63,844 nt of DNA, filler included, from Octopus bimaculoides (GCF_001194135.2; 9 parts of 7 records of this genome joined end to end with filler, not necessarily neighbours in it), one strand, 5' to 3'. Shown: positions 17,596-31,080, numbered from the whole stretch's first letter. A program made the numbers and translations. The notes: generated by a model from the sequence alone, not told the origin.

Positions 17596-18825
17596 GTGTG
17601 CTTTTGTGAGACTTTGTCTGTGGTTAATAAATTATTTTGATAAAAACTAATTTCATTTCAAAGTATGGCGTATCTTTTCTGCTATTCATTTCTTGTATTA
17701 TTTTGTTTATGCGTTTAGTGAGAGAAGAATATTATAAAAATAATAATTACGTACAAAATTTGTATATACATATAAAAAATAATAGTTTCTGAAAACAGTA
17801 GTTCATTCACTTCATATTTGTGATATCAATTTTTTATTATAAAAGCATATCTGGACATCTGTCATTTCCATACGAACGATGCATTGTACTTCCACAGCTA
17901 TGTCTATGTATTTCAAAATTTCGTCGAACGAACGTATAGTTTCAATTTCATATCTTTGTCGCAGTGCGTTGATTAAATATTTACTATCTTCAAATCGACT
18001 AATTCATACTAAGTGGAATTTTGTACCTAAATAGTGTGAGCACCTGTCGAAAAGGAAACTATCTTTTTGGAAGCCACAATGAATAAGACAACTGGTTTAA
18101 ATCTACCGACTACCAATCTTTGCCTTCTATGAATAGAATATATTTCATGTTTTTTGTTTATGAGTTGAGTGGCAAATAAAATACGTTTGTCTCTCCCTGG
18201 AATATAGATGATTTTGTAAAACTAATTTTGTTCGAACCGTTCTCATTTACCTGAAGCAGTAAAGAAAAAGACCCAGACAATCCTCAATTCATAAGGGGGC
18301 CACATGTAACATTACTAAGCGGATGCGCAATGTCCCCGATAATTACAAGTCGGAAAACGCATTGTGGAAGGCTTGCAAAGTCAACTGAACGCAGGTGATG
18401 GGTGATTAATTCTATGATTGTTTCGAACAGTTGATAACACACGAGCAAAATGCTCGGTAAAAATTACCGATTGTGCATTATGTCCGAATGCGCAACCAGA
18501 GAGACAAACTCGATGGAATGCATTGCTACAATGGTGCAACGCTTGTCATGTCTATTGACGTGGGTTCAAATTCCACAGGCAGCCTTCAAATTTTTGTATC
18601 CAGAGAACTTTTTCAATACAACATTTACATGCTTATTATTTATACCCTTATGTGCGTTTCACAAAAATGTGTGTTATCGAACCATTATATATGTATATTT
18701 ATATTGGTATAATGACCATACCAAGCAATAAAATGTTTCATTAGAAATATTCACATCAACAAGCATACAAATCAAACGCAGAAACAAATCCATTTACGCT
18801 CTCTAGGACGTTTATGAAATCTTAT

Positions 18826-18950
18826 AATGATGACGATGATGATGATGAGGATGATGATGATGAGGATGATGATGAAGGTGATGATGATAACGATGATGAT
18901 AATGATGATGACGAAGACGACGACAACGACGGCGACAATGACGATGACTG
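18826..18950. repeat. (GAT)n/(GAC)n degenerate microsatellite
   Basis: Directly visible. Confidence 0.9.
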
Positions 18951-19092
18951 ATTTTATTTAACACTAGATAAACAATAGACGGACTGATACAACACGTGGG
19001 TGTTTATACAGAAGGCATTAATAAATGTGTGTGTGTGAGTGCATCATTGTAAGATATACACGTACATACATACATGCAAACACACACACACG

Positions 19093-19149
<57 letters not shown>

Positions 19150-19249
19150 NNNNNNNNNNNNNNNNNNNNNNNNNNNNNNNNNNNNNNNNNNNNTTAATTA
19201 ATTAANNNNNNNNNNNNNNNNNNNNNNNNNNNNNNNNNNNNNNNNNNNN
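19150..19249. other. Artificial scaffold spacer N44-TTAATTAATTAA-N44 (one of eight)
   Basis: Identical 12-mer centred in 100-bp gaps at 19194, 30560, 34696, 37737, 42660, 49539, 53109 and 61285. Confidence 0.95.
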
Positions 19250-19276
19250 TATATATATATATATATATATATATAT

Positions 19277-19320
19277 GAGGGCGCATTGCCTAGTGGTTAG
19301 GGTGCTGCACTCACGATCGA
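19277..19320 (+). mobile_element. Isolated tRNA-like SINE head fragment
   Basis: GGGCGCATTGCCTAGTGGTTAGGGTGCTGCACTCACGATC, truncated before the B box. Confidence 0.55.
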
Positions 19321-20352
19321 AATCAATATCAATTGTTGTTAATCAATATTTCTCCATTTTCTGTTTACTTTAAATTTGATTTCTCATAAATTCATGTTTC
19401 TTTATCATTGCCTGTATCCTATAAGCATAATATGCTTGTATATGCATGCCCAGGGTTAACATAGGTAATTATACCGGTAGTAAAAGGGATATTTTTATCC
19501 CTTAGACGGTTATTCCAGCCTCTAACTCTACTAGCCTTATATATATATGAATAAGCAAACAAAAAGAGAAATAGATAGATAGATAAATAGATAGATGTCT
19601 TCTAATTATGAACTAAATGCTGCTTTTAACATAGTAAAGCTTGATTTTCTGTTCATAGTTTCTTCTTCATTGTGACTGTTTCTCGGAAAGATGCTAAATA
19701 TTGCACTTAGTGTTGTTTATTTTCGGGAAAATTTAGGTCAGTGTCAAGAATAATGATTGATCTAAACTTCTGTAAATGACTTTTGATGTCACCTAATGTA
19801 GTCTTCTAGGAATTGAAGATATATAATAATGTCTAGTCATGTAATGTAGCGAAACTAGGTTATTGTCTAAAACCTGTAAAATGTTATTCGAACGTCGAAA
19901 GGGAAAGTAAGTTGACACATCTAATAACTGACAGTCGCGATTTTCGGATTACTGATAAATATATTGGCACATGAATGCTTAACTACATATGTTCGTGCGG
20001 GTTTGCATTACATATAATGTATAATATAAATAGAATAAATTATATATATATANNNNNNNNNNTGTCCTTATTTTTAAAATGTTTGTTTTTCTTGGCAAAG
20101 AAGTTATGGTCAGTGACAGGAATGAAGATTGATGTAAATCTGAAAATAAATCTACATTGTTTTCTGGAAAATGCTTTCTTTAGGGACTTAAAACATAAGC
20201 AAATATATATATGCTCTTCTAAGATAGTGGAAAAATAAATAAGTGATGTAAAATGTAAATCAAATGACAACTGACAGAGAAGGAACAGAGTAAAATGTTA
20301 CTGACATCTGCCTATATGCATCTGTTTAGAAGACCTATCCACTGACTGCTAT

Positions 20353-20376
20353 GTGTGTGTGTGTGTGTGTGTGTGC

Positions 20377-20447
<71 letters not shown>
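20353..20447. repeat. (GT)n microsatellite
   Basis: Directly visible; another at 35154-35220. Confidence 0.97.
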
Positions 20448-20451
<4 letters not shown>

Positions 20452-21110
20452 CATGCGATGCTAGCTGTTTGCATGTGGCTTCACATTACATATTATTTCA
20501 GTAAATATTTACATGCGTAAATATTATCCACCGAGAAATATATATTTACCTGCCAGCCTACTTACCTACCTGCCTACCAACATATCGGCCTATATTCTTA
20601 CATTCATGCAGACTTACAGACTGAAAGGTAGACATAAATACTTATATATATATATATAGATATATGTACGGGGGATATATATATATATATCTTTGACAGC
20701 CTGTGTTGATGTTTGCATGCTTATATGTATACATGCATATATAAGTATGTAAATACACACATATTTCGGCGTATGTATACGTGCATAACACGCGCCCTCT
20801 TCATACGCAAACTCATGTGTGTGTATTTATTTATATATNNNNNNNNNNNNNNNNNNNNNNNNNNNNNNNNNNNNNNNNNNNNNNNNNNNNNNNNNNNNNN
20901 NNNNNNNNNNNNNNNNNNNNNNNNNNNNNNNNNNNNNNNNNNNNNNNNNNNNNNNNNNNNNNNNNNNNNNNNNNNNNNNNNNNNNNNNNNNNNNNNNNNN
21001 NNNNNNNNNNNNNNNNNNNNNNNNNNNNNNNNNNNNNNNNNNNNNNNNNNNNNNNNNNNNNNNNNNNNNNNNNNNNNNNNNNNNNNNNNNNNNNNNNNNN
21101 NNNNNNNNNA

Positions 21111-21330
21111 GGACATTGCAAACAAAGCGTAGACGAGAAAACACACAAGCCACATAGAGAACATTCTACTTCATCAGCTGCCCCCGTTTTAACACCGGCG
21201 TTTCGAAGAGCTGGGCAGGACGCATCATTAAAACGGCTCTTCCCATGGACCGCAAATTAAATTTGTATACATAAATTAAATCTTGCCATGGAGGAATGTA
21301 GTGGCGGACAAAAAACAAGACAGGAAAACA
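21111..21330 (-). mobile_element. Short repeat family; other copies at 33562-33700 (+) and 53190-53355 (-)
   Basis: Shared CGAAACG..GGCAGCTGA(C/T)GAAG..GTGGCT; class uncertain, possibly a Penelope-like tail. Confidence 0.6.
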
Positions 21331-21974
21331 AACAGAAACACACACACACAAACAGAGATGCAAACATAGATACACACACACGCAAACATATATAGTGAGA
21401 GGGTGGAGTGAGAGAAAGAGAGAGAGAGGCAGAGATCTTAATGTTGTATACATTTGAGATTACTGCGGGCAAATGTTTCTCTTAGATATATTAAAAGTGT
21501 TGAAACAAATTTTAACATATAAAAGGAACTACTTCAACTTTCCTCGCCAAATATTTACTTGTAATACTCTTTGCGTTGAGCGGCATTCAAATGAAAGTCT
21601 TTTACAGTTCAATACTTACTTCATCAATACAGATAGCGTTGGTTCGACTGGCACAAACAAGCGTCAGTATTGGCGTTAAAAGCAAAAAAAAAAGAAACCT
21701 GTGGGAAGGGCAATGTTGCCCTCTAGTTGGCACTTTATTCCAATGCGAGGGACAGAAAACATATTTTAGTAACACTGAAAAAATATTAGATGGAAAATCA
21801 TTTATTTTGGCTCTTTTACCCAGGGAACCTGGGGTGAGGGTGTCAAGGATAACGGGTATCTAGAGTTCAAAGGGTTAACGAATACATACAAATAAATATG
21901 AATAAAATAATAGAGGATGAAGCTCACTTCCTTATGAGGCATGCCTCATTCTGTCACAGGATTACTAAATTTTG

Positions 21975-22104
21975 CCAGGGGTGGACTGGAGGCATATGAG
22001 ATAATGTTTTGCTCAAGAGACAATACGTCGCTTGATCCAGGAATCGAATCAACAAACTTACGATCATCAACGTGTGGGAGGGACCCTAACAACTAAGTCA
22101 TGCG
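21975..22104 (-). mobile_element. SINE family D head (degenerate)
   Basis: Reverse complement resembles 55063-55190 (..TTCGATTCC..CTTGAGCAA.ACA..CCAGT.CAC). Confidence 0.6.
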
Positions 22105-22115
22105 AGTACACACGC

Positions 22116-22151
<36 letters not shown>

Positions 22152-22155
22152 CGTA

Positions 22156-22501
22156 GCACTCCGTCGGTTACGACGACGAGAATTTCAGTTGATCCGATCA
22201 ACAGAACTCGAGAAATTAACGTCCAAGTGACTGAACACTTCACAGACACGTGTGCCCTTAACGTAGTTCTCGAGGAGATTCAGCGTGACATAGAGTGTGA
22301 CAAGGCTGGCCTTTCGAAATACAGGTACAACAGAAACAGGAAGAAAGTGTGAGGAAGTTGTGGCGGAAGAGTACAGTAGAGTTCGCCACCACCTCCTGCC
22401 GGAGCCTCGTGGAGCTTTAGGTGCCTTCGCCTAGGAAACATCCACAACGCCCGGTCTGGGAATCGAAACCGCGATCCTACGACCGCGAATCCGCTGCCCT
22501 A
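22156..22501 (-). mobile_element. SINE family A
   Basis: Reverse complement of family A; extreme 5' end lies in a gap. Confidence 0.9.
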
Positions 22502-23399
22502 NNNNNNNNNNNNNNNNNNNNNNNNNNNNNNNNNNNNNNNNNNNNNNNNNNNNNNNNNNNNNNNNNNNNNNNNNNNNNNNNNNNNNNNNNNNNNNNNNNN
22601 NNNNNNNNNNNNNNNNNNNNNNNNNNNNNNNNNNNNNNNNNNNNNNNNNNNNNNNNNNNNNNNNNNNNNNNNNNNNNNNNNNNNNNNNNNNNNNNNNNNN
22701 NNNNNNNNNNNNNNNNNNNNNNNNNNNNNNNNNNNNNNNNNNNNNNNNNNNNNNNNNNNNNNNNNNNNNNNNNNNNNNNNNNNNNNNNNNNNNNNNNNNN
22801 NNNNNNNNNNTATATATATATATATATACTTCGATTCGAAGTTGTGTTAACCTCATAAAGGGATGGTTTCATCCAAGGAAATACTGGTTCAATACTTTGC
22901 ATTTGGGGGGAATTAATTTCTTTAAAATGATAGGTATATATATAAACATATAGTTCATATTCCTATAAAAGAAGCCAAAGAACATGCCACATGCTTTGGG
23001 TTTGTGTTCTTTTATTTTCTTCCTAACTACATTTTCCTCACTGTAACAAATGGATCTGAACTGCTAGAATTCACCACCACCACCATATAGCTTGAAGTGA
23101 AACTGGAATGTAAATCTGTGAACTCGTGAAGCATCTTATGTCACCTGAGGAGGTTCTTTTGCACTGTACATTCTATCTGGCGTTGTTACATCGTTCCACG
23201 CCTACTAAGGAGCAGTACAGTATGAAGCTGAAACGGTTGTCGTGCTAATAAATGCTACTAGTTATACCCTGTCTTCCGTATTAATCTTTTGAGATATGCA
23301 CTACATGCACCTTGGTAAAATCAACGTCAGCCTTTTTATTGGTATTCTGATTTTGTCTTAAAATCAACTATTTTAGAAGGAAGGGTAAACTTAATGTAT

Positions 23400-23788
23400 T
23401 GATTTCAGTGTTCAGTCGAAACTTATATTATCGATACTGAAGGTGAAACACAAAGTCAACCGTGGCGGTTTTTGAACTTAGAATTTAGCACTTTAAATAT
23501 TGCTAATCATTTTCCCCGGCGTGCTAATGATTCTGCCGGCTCGCCACCTTAATAGCAGCAACAGCAACAACAATTCTTCATACTATAGGTACAAGGCCTG
23601 AAATTTGGGAGAGGGATATAGTCGATTACAACGACCTCAATGCATAACTGGCACTTAATTTATCGACCCCGAAAGGATGAAAGGCAAAGTCGACCCTGGC
23701 GGAATTTGAACGGAGAACGTAGCGGCAGATGAAATACCGCTAAGCGTTTCGCCCGGCGTGCTAACGATTCTGCCAGCTTGCTGCCTTC

Positions 23789-23845
<57 letters not shown>

Positions 23846-24078
23846 AATAATAATAATGATAATAATCCTTTCTGCTATAGGCACAAGGCCTGAAATTTCG
23901 AAGAAGAGATAAGTCGATTACATCGACTCCAGTACATAACTGGTACGTATTTTATTGACCTGAAATGATGAATGGCAAAGTTGACCTTGGTGGCATTTGA
24001 ATTCAGAACGTAAAGACGGATGAAAGGCCGCTAAGCATTTTTCCCGGCATGCTAACTACTCTGCCGGCTCGCAGCCTT
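23400..24078 (-). mobile_element. Three head-to-tail SINE family B copies (about 23400-23550, 23575-23787 and 23865-24078)
   Basis: Shared GGCAGAATCGTTAGCACGCCGG..GTTCAAATTCCGCC..GTCGACTTTGCCTTTCATCC core, separated by (CAA)n/(TAA)n. Confidence 0.88.
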
Positions 24079-25043
24079 AATAACAGCAACAACAATAACA
24101 TTAAGAAGAACAACAACAACAGCGACAACAACAATAACAATAACATGAGGATATGTAATTAAAAATCACAAAAGAAATAACAAAAGATTAATGAAAAATA
24201 GGTAAGATATTTCTTGGTAAAAATATCATAATCCGAAAGGCCAACGGTATCGTGGCTCATTTTTGTCACCTGCGATGCAAATATTTGACTTCAGCTTTTC
24301 GTCAACAAAACAAAACCGAAGATTAGGAGAGTGTTGACAAATCGTTTTATTCTGTCTACCATGAAGTCTCCAACGAAAATTGGCGCAAATATAGAAAGGT
24401 TATAGACGAAATATAGAAAGGTTATACGGTGAGTATCGATGAGTTATTGATATGTTAAATATTTTCAACCGCCAAGTCAGATTGTGTGTGTGTGTGTACA
24501 AAGGCACAAACATACACACACACGCGCGCATATATATATATATATATATATANNNNNNNNNNNNNNNNNNNNNNNNNNNNNNNNNNNNNNNNNNNNNNNN
24601 NNNNNNNNNNNNNNNNNNNNNNNNNNNNNNNNNNNNNNNNNNNNNNNNNNNNNNNNNNNNNNNNNNNNNNNNNNNNNNNNNNNNNNNNNNNNNNNNNNNN
24701 NNNNNNNNNNNNNNNNNNNNNNNNNNNNNNNNNNNNNNNNNNNNNNNNNNNNNNNNNNNNNNNNNNNNNNNNNNNNNNNNNNNNNNNNNNNNNNNNNNNN
24801 NNNNNNNNNNNNNNNNNNNNNNNNNNNNNNNNNNNNNNNNNNNNNNNNNNNNNNNNNNNNNNNNNNNNNNNNNNNNNNNNNNNNNNNNNNNNNNNNNNNN
24901 NNNNNNNNNNNNNNNNNNNNNNNNNNNNNNNNNNNNNNNNNNNNNNNNNNNNNNNNNNNNNNNNNNNNNNNNNNNNNNNNNNNNNNNNNNNNNNNNNNNN
25001 NNNNNNNNNNNNNNNNNNNNNNNNNNNNNNNNNNNNNNNNNNN

Positions 25044-25090
<47 letters not shown>

Positions 25091-25092
25091 CT

Positions 25093-25315
25093 TATGTGTG
25101 TATGCCTATGTTTGTACCCCTACCATCGCTTAACAACAGATATTGGTGTGTTTATCTCACCGTAATCTAACGGTTCGGCAAAATGAACCGATAGAATAAG
25201 TACAAAAGCTTACAAAGAATAAGTCCTAGGATCGACTTTTTTGTCTAAAAAAACCGTTAAGGCAGTGCTCCAGCATGGCCGCAGTCAAATGACTGAAGCA
25301 AACAAAAGAATAAAG
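25093..25315 (+). mobile_element. SINE family C right arm
   Basis: GATAGAATAAGTAC..CAGCATGGCCGCAGTCAAATGACTGA. Confidence 0.85.
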
Positions 25316-25728
25316 TATAGACTGATACGTTTGTATGAATACAAATACCTTTGAGTAAACACATAGAGAGATGTACGGATAACCAACTTTGGCCTCAGTA
25401 TATATTTTAGTTCATGATCACATATGCATCACAGTACATGCTTCATCTCACTACTTTAGCTTATGAGTTTTTGTATGTTTATTTATCCCGCCCCACAAAA
25501 TGGCCAATTACCTCTCCTGTCCCGAGTAATAGCTATCACTAGTTACATCCCCTTAGATCTTTCTACTTGTTGATTCCTTCACAAACTTCCATTCAAAAAC
25601 ATACGAAATTACAATAATTTCAATGTCTTTAGCGAAAGCGAAACCAGTTTACAACCAAACTACTCTTTCAATTAAAATAAATATATAAACTGCGTGCGTT
25701 TTCCTTCTTTTAATATACATACATACAT

Positions 25729-25767
<39 letters not shown>

Positions 25768-25790
25768 CANNNNNNNNNNAACTCCGAGTA

Positions 25791-27260
25791 TCCTGCGACT
25801 TTGTTTAACTGCAATAATATAGCAGACGTTAAAATAACTGGAGAATAAAAAATAGAACATACTTCCAGAAGAAGAAAAGGACGCTGCAAAAATTTCATGT
25901 AGCTCTAAAGATCAATTATAGATCAACTGTACCATAACCAAAGACTAGAATACGATGAAGAAATGTACCTGAATATGCCACAAACTGATTTAATAATAAA
26001 AGACTTTTGACAGAGTTTTCTCGCGAAACTAAAGCCATGTAAAAGGTAGTACTACTAATTCGCAGATACATCGAGCACGTCATACATAAATTGATAAAGG
26101 CAAAAATGAAATTATAAAAATTAGCTGCATCATAATTAAAAGAGGATTAATCAGATGGGATTTCCAATCACCATGCCTTTTTTTTCTACCTTGGATCAAT
26201 ACTTTTTTACCAGTATGATTAACAAGACTGAACTCAGATACATATGCTATGGGAGGACGACCCACAATCTTTTATATATATTGATAAGCTTTCGTTATGC
26301 GCTGCGGAAACTCTACAACTGACAGTACTCCGACATACTGAGCGAAATGATATGAGAATCGCATTAGTAAAATAGGCTAAAGCAAACTTAAAGATACAAA
26401 TATAAAGAGACACAAATAAGAGAATTGGACGAACATAGGATCTAAAGTACTTAGGAATCAATTAACTAGGAAGTGTACGACGCAAAAATGAAAAAAGAAA
26501 TCAATATTGTAATAACATTAGATTGATGCATAAGACCGCTAAAAGCAAAAGTTAAGGTAATAAGCTTCAATACTTTAGATGTATCAGTAATAATTTATTG
26601 TTATAATATTGACAACTGGACAATTAATTCACGAGAAAAACAAAATGACAGAAAAACCAGAAAAATAATAATGACGTCTAAAATGCTCAAAAATTTGTGA
26701 GTGAAAGAGTATCTTTATGCAAGTAGTAATTTTATGCAAAAAGAAGACTAATTGTAGCATTACAAAAATGAGTAGTAAACAATGAAGGGGAAAAAAAACG
26801 CCAAAACAGCTACAATACACAAACAAGATGAAACACGACTCTATTTTCCAGAATGCCGACAAATACAAAACAGAAGCTTAAATAAATCAGAGAAAATTTG
26901 GAAAAAATAAGCAGAAATTGTACACAGGTTTAACAATAAGCTAAGGGAAGTGAAGTCTACTATGCCATGATAAAGCGGAAGTTAGTTTACAAAGAATAAA
27001 TAGGAGACGAGAAATTGCGACAATACATGAGAAGTACAGGACTTAAAGCTAAGATTGAGGGACTCACTGTTGTGATACAGGATCAAAATCGTTCCACCAG
27101 AAACTACCAAAGTATGCAGTGAAGCAAAATGCATTAAGTAGTTGCAGGATACACTGAGGCTAGTAACAAACTCACTGCTACATCTCCTTTGGTTACCCAG
27201 TATCAGCCAAAAGAAAGTGCATTTCCAAGCATGAAATAGTTGGAAATTTTGATGCGTGTA
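25791..27260 (+). mobile_element. Heavily decayed R4/Dong-type LINE
   Basis: Collinear motif remnants NILPEEEK..SKDQL*IN, KTFDRV, NDMRI.LVK*AKA, KYLGI and RSTGLKAKIEGL.VIQDQ..TRNYQ match the element at 4618-7590. Confidence 0.8.
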
Positions 27261-27812
27261 TTACTTTATGACAGGAAGTCAGCAGAATGATGTTTAGAAC
27301 TTACTCAGTAGATAGTCAGCAAGGCCCTATACGCGATAGTGAACCTTCAGCAGTCAAACATTCTCAGCCACTGAACAGATGCGCCGAAAAGAATGCTTTT
27401 GACTTTCTTCGGATACCTGACAATTGTAATTATTGCCGACGTATTCTTGCGAAACATTGGTAAAACTGATGAGTCAAGGATTTTTAGGAATTTGCCCTAA
27501 TCCCTAACCTCAAAATGCATTAAATCTCTATGGAACAGACTTCTGAGTTGATCCCCATCGATGCCTAGAACATTCATCTCTTGATGCGGCTGTTAACGAT
27601 TGGAGCCATGTGTAGTTGTTGTGAATGTAGTGGAATGAGTGCTAAAAATATAATCGATAATTCACGCATTTTAAAAATAATCCAGACGAAACCCAATCGG
27701 ATTCTAAAATAAATACTGCGCTTTGACCATGTTTGTTTTCAATTTGCGTAATATTTGTCTTCCATCCGTTCCCCCCACCTCTCTCTCTCTCTCAATCAAT
27801 AAATTAATCTAT

Positions 27813-27867
<55 letters not shown>

Positions 27868-28770
27868 GCTCAATCTCTTTCCTTCACAGCAGTTGTCGAT
27901 GTTTTATTTTGTTGACAAACAATCAATGCTGCATATTGCTTTTGTTCTTTTGATTGTTCATAATCGTATTCCCGTTGTTATAGTTGCTGTTCTTGGTTTT
28001 TCTTCATTTATTTATAAATGATGTATATACTGCAATGGCTTTTGTTTTTATGGTTTTGGTCGTTTCTACATTTCTGACTATGAACTTTATTCCTACAATG
28101 AAATGATAATATCAAGAGAAATGGCAATTTTTTTCATCTCATTTAAACATGTAAAAAATATTTTTACATTTGTTTGATATTATTTGCAATATTTTAAAGA
28201 AAGGTTATGTTTCAAAGAATATTTAATACTTTGTGTGATTCATAACACATGTTGTATTTTACTAGTGTGCTACTACATGTCCATCCCACAGGGAATTATT
28301 GATCCCTTGTTATTAAATTTTATGCAATTCAGCAAGTGATAGATATTTCAAACAAAGATCGTTCTAGAAAGAACAAAAGAACTTTATTCTACAAAAGAAA
28401 TGAATCTAGGACTGGAAACCAACGAACCACTCTACAATTTCACATTTTACCCACATGTGCTACAGCAGTGAATTACAGTGCTTGTTACGCATAAATACAG
28501 TGATTCTCAGAGAATGATAACATTTTTGATCACAGATATAACACAATGATAGGAGAAAACCAATGGCATCTTAACTGGGAGTCTAATATTGAATGAGTTT
28601 TTATGATTTCTGCATACAAACTTACAACACTTACGTTTATATAGATCAGAAAATGAATTCATACTGTATGAAAGATGGAGAATAATAAAAAATCTAAACA
28701 AAGTTGCTTTCTAGAAAACACACACACATTCGCATGTATGCGTTAGCTTGTGTGTGTGTATATATACATA

Positions 28771-29653
28771 CTAGCTGACGTACCCGGTAATTCCCGGGAC
28801 AGCTGGACTTATCCCTTGGTTCCGTTCCTATAATTGTTTTGCTAATCCAATAACAACAATACAAAGTATGTAGCCCTTAAATCGGTTTTTGTGCATTTAC
28901 AGAGAACACCGAACTCTCTTTCACAGGATCTTGTTTTGAGGAATTTTCAATAAGTTATGCATACTTAAATTGTGAAGTCAGTTATATAATAACATGAAAT
29001 TAGTTACCCATTAGTAAGAATTCAAATAAAGGAGGCCTGAAAATGGCTTTAATGCGTTCCCAGAGTATATAGAACATTGTAGGAAATACTAATAAGGTAT
29101 ACTAAAATAAGGTATACAAAAATTGTGAAGCATGTTACGTAATAACAGGCTAATCAGATATGAGATAATAAAAATTCGAAGTAAATAACTCTGAAAAGGG
29201 CTTTTGTGCGTTCCAAGATATTATTACCCTCAGGGGCGCAAGCATTGGTATATTCGTGAATAAGTCACTAACCGAAATAAGCGGATCTATTGTTTAGGAA
29301 AATATTATTTACTTGTTTAAAGGTTGTACTTTATAAATCGCGAAAATATCTCTGGCAGTTCAAATACTAAGAAATAAGCATACTCAATTTCATTTTTACC
29401 AAATAATTTAGAAAAACAAATGGGTTATTTGCCTTGGTTTTGAAAATAAAATATATTAGATATATAAGGATCCCTTTCAGGGGCCCTATTATCGAGTTTT
29501 TCAACAATCTGAGTATGCTATGAGATTTCCAGACATGAGTTCTAGTCAGGTGTCAAGTTTCATCAATAATCGATAAAACGATGTGGGAGGAATTAGCTAA
29601 CAACTCCACAAACACACCCGCCGACAGAATTTCCCACATATATAGTATATATA
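28771..29653 (-). mobile_element. Non-autonomous Helitron
   Basis: Minus-strand 3' end is hairpin CCCGGGAATTACCGGG + 8 nt + CTAG followed by host T; 5' end is (C)CTATATATACT; its 5' part is related to 48200-48390. Confidence 0.75.
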
Positions 29654-30060
29654 GGTGCAGGCGTGGCGGCGTAGTAAGAAGCTTGCTTCCTAACCACATG
29701 GTTTCGGGTTCAGTTCCACTGCGTGGAACATTGGGGAAGTGTCGTCTACTATAGCCTCCGGCCGACTAAGGTCTTGTGAGCGTATTTGGTAGACGGAAAC
29801 TGAAAGAGGTCCATCGTTTACACATGTGTGTGTGTGTATGTGTGTGTATTTGTGAGTATGTGTTTGTGTTTGTCACCGCAACGATGCTGATGTGTTTACG
29901 TGCCCGTAAATTAGCGTTTCGGCAAAGGAGACTGGTAGAATAAATACTGGCCTTGCAAGTAATAAATCCTGGGGACGAATTCTTCAGCTAAAACCGTCTA
30001 AGGTTGTGTTCCAGCATGACCGCTGTCAAATGACTGAAACAGGTAAAAGAATAAAAGAAT
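29654..30060 (+). mobile_element. Bipartite SINE family C (tRNA-like head, internal (TG)n, right arm)
   Basis: Head GGTTCAGTTCCACTGCGTGG..GTAGACGGAAACTGAAAG; tail CAGCATG.CCGC.GTCAAATGACTGAAAC; many copies in the window. Confidence 0.88.
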
Positions 30061-30071
30061 AGATACATACA

Positions 30072-30144
<73 letters not shown>

Positions 30145-30212
30145 ATCTATCTATCTATCTATCTTTCTATCTATCTCTCTATCTTTCTATCTATCTATCT
30201 ATCTATCTATCT
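30072..30212. repeat. (ATCT)n microsatellite
   Basis: Directly visible; the same unit on either strand at about 15147-15189, 27812-27866, 60383-60463 and 62160-62214. Confidence 0.97.
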
Positions 30213-30615
30213 ATATACATATATATATGTGTGTGTATGTGTGTGTAAGTATGCGTGAGTGTATGGGTGTGTGTGTATGTGTATGTCTGTGTGTATCTGT
30301 ATAGATAGATCAAAACTGTTTGATTCATACTCCTTGGTAGTCTGAGTTCGAAACGTGTGGCTAGTCTTCGGGTAATCGAAACTGTGCCAGTGCTTTACTC
30401 ATCATCCATTTATACATTTTGTACAATTTCTCCATTATATATACACACACGCACGCACATACACACTATTTACACACACACACAAATATAAGAGAATTAA
30501 CATTGATTATATATANNNNNNNNNNNNNNNNNNNNNNNNNNNNNNNNNNNNNNNNNNNNTTAATTAATTAANNNNNNNNNNNNNNNNNNNNNNNNNNNNN
30601 NNNNNNNNNNNNNNN

Positions 30616-30663
<48 letters not shown>

Positions 30664-30689
30664 GTGTGTGTATGTATGTATGTATGTGT

Positions 30690-30900
30690 ATATGTTTGTG
30701 TGTCTGTGTTTGTCCCTCCAACATCGCTTGACACCGATGCTGGTGTGTTTTCGTCCCCGTAACTTAGCAGTTCAGCAAAAGAGACCGATAGTATAAGTAC
30801 TAGGTATACAAAGAATAAGTCCTGGGGTCGATTCACTCGACTAAAGGCGGTGCTCCAGCATGGCCACAGTCAAATGACTGAAACAGGTAAAAGAGTAAAT
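30690..30900 (+). mobile_element. SINE family C right arm
   Basis: Same right-arm sequence, starting after a gap and microsatellite. Confidence 0.85.
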
Positions 30901-30954
30901 GAGTAACGGTTTTCTTGACCAAGGTTGACCTTTGGCGAAATATCAAGATCTGCA

Positions 30955-31030
30955 GCAGCACCACCACTACCACCACTACTGCAGCCATCAGTATCAACAG
31001 CATCATCATCAACAACAACAACAACAACAC

Positions 31031-31080
<50 letters not shown>

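Noticed and set aside
18826-18950. Possible poly-Asp coding tract
   Set aside because: No start codon or splice context; it is a degenerate microsatellite
23400-24130. Repeat-spacer look suggestive of CRISPR
   Set aside because: These are 200-bp SINE copies in eukaryotic DNA, with no cas genes or constant short repeats
16722-25170. Long ORFs of 100-295 aa containing X runs (also at 46194, 51670, 53578 and 59084)
   Set aside because: They are open only because they cross N gaps
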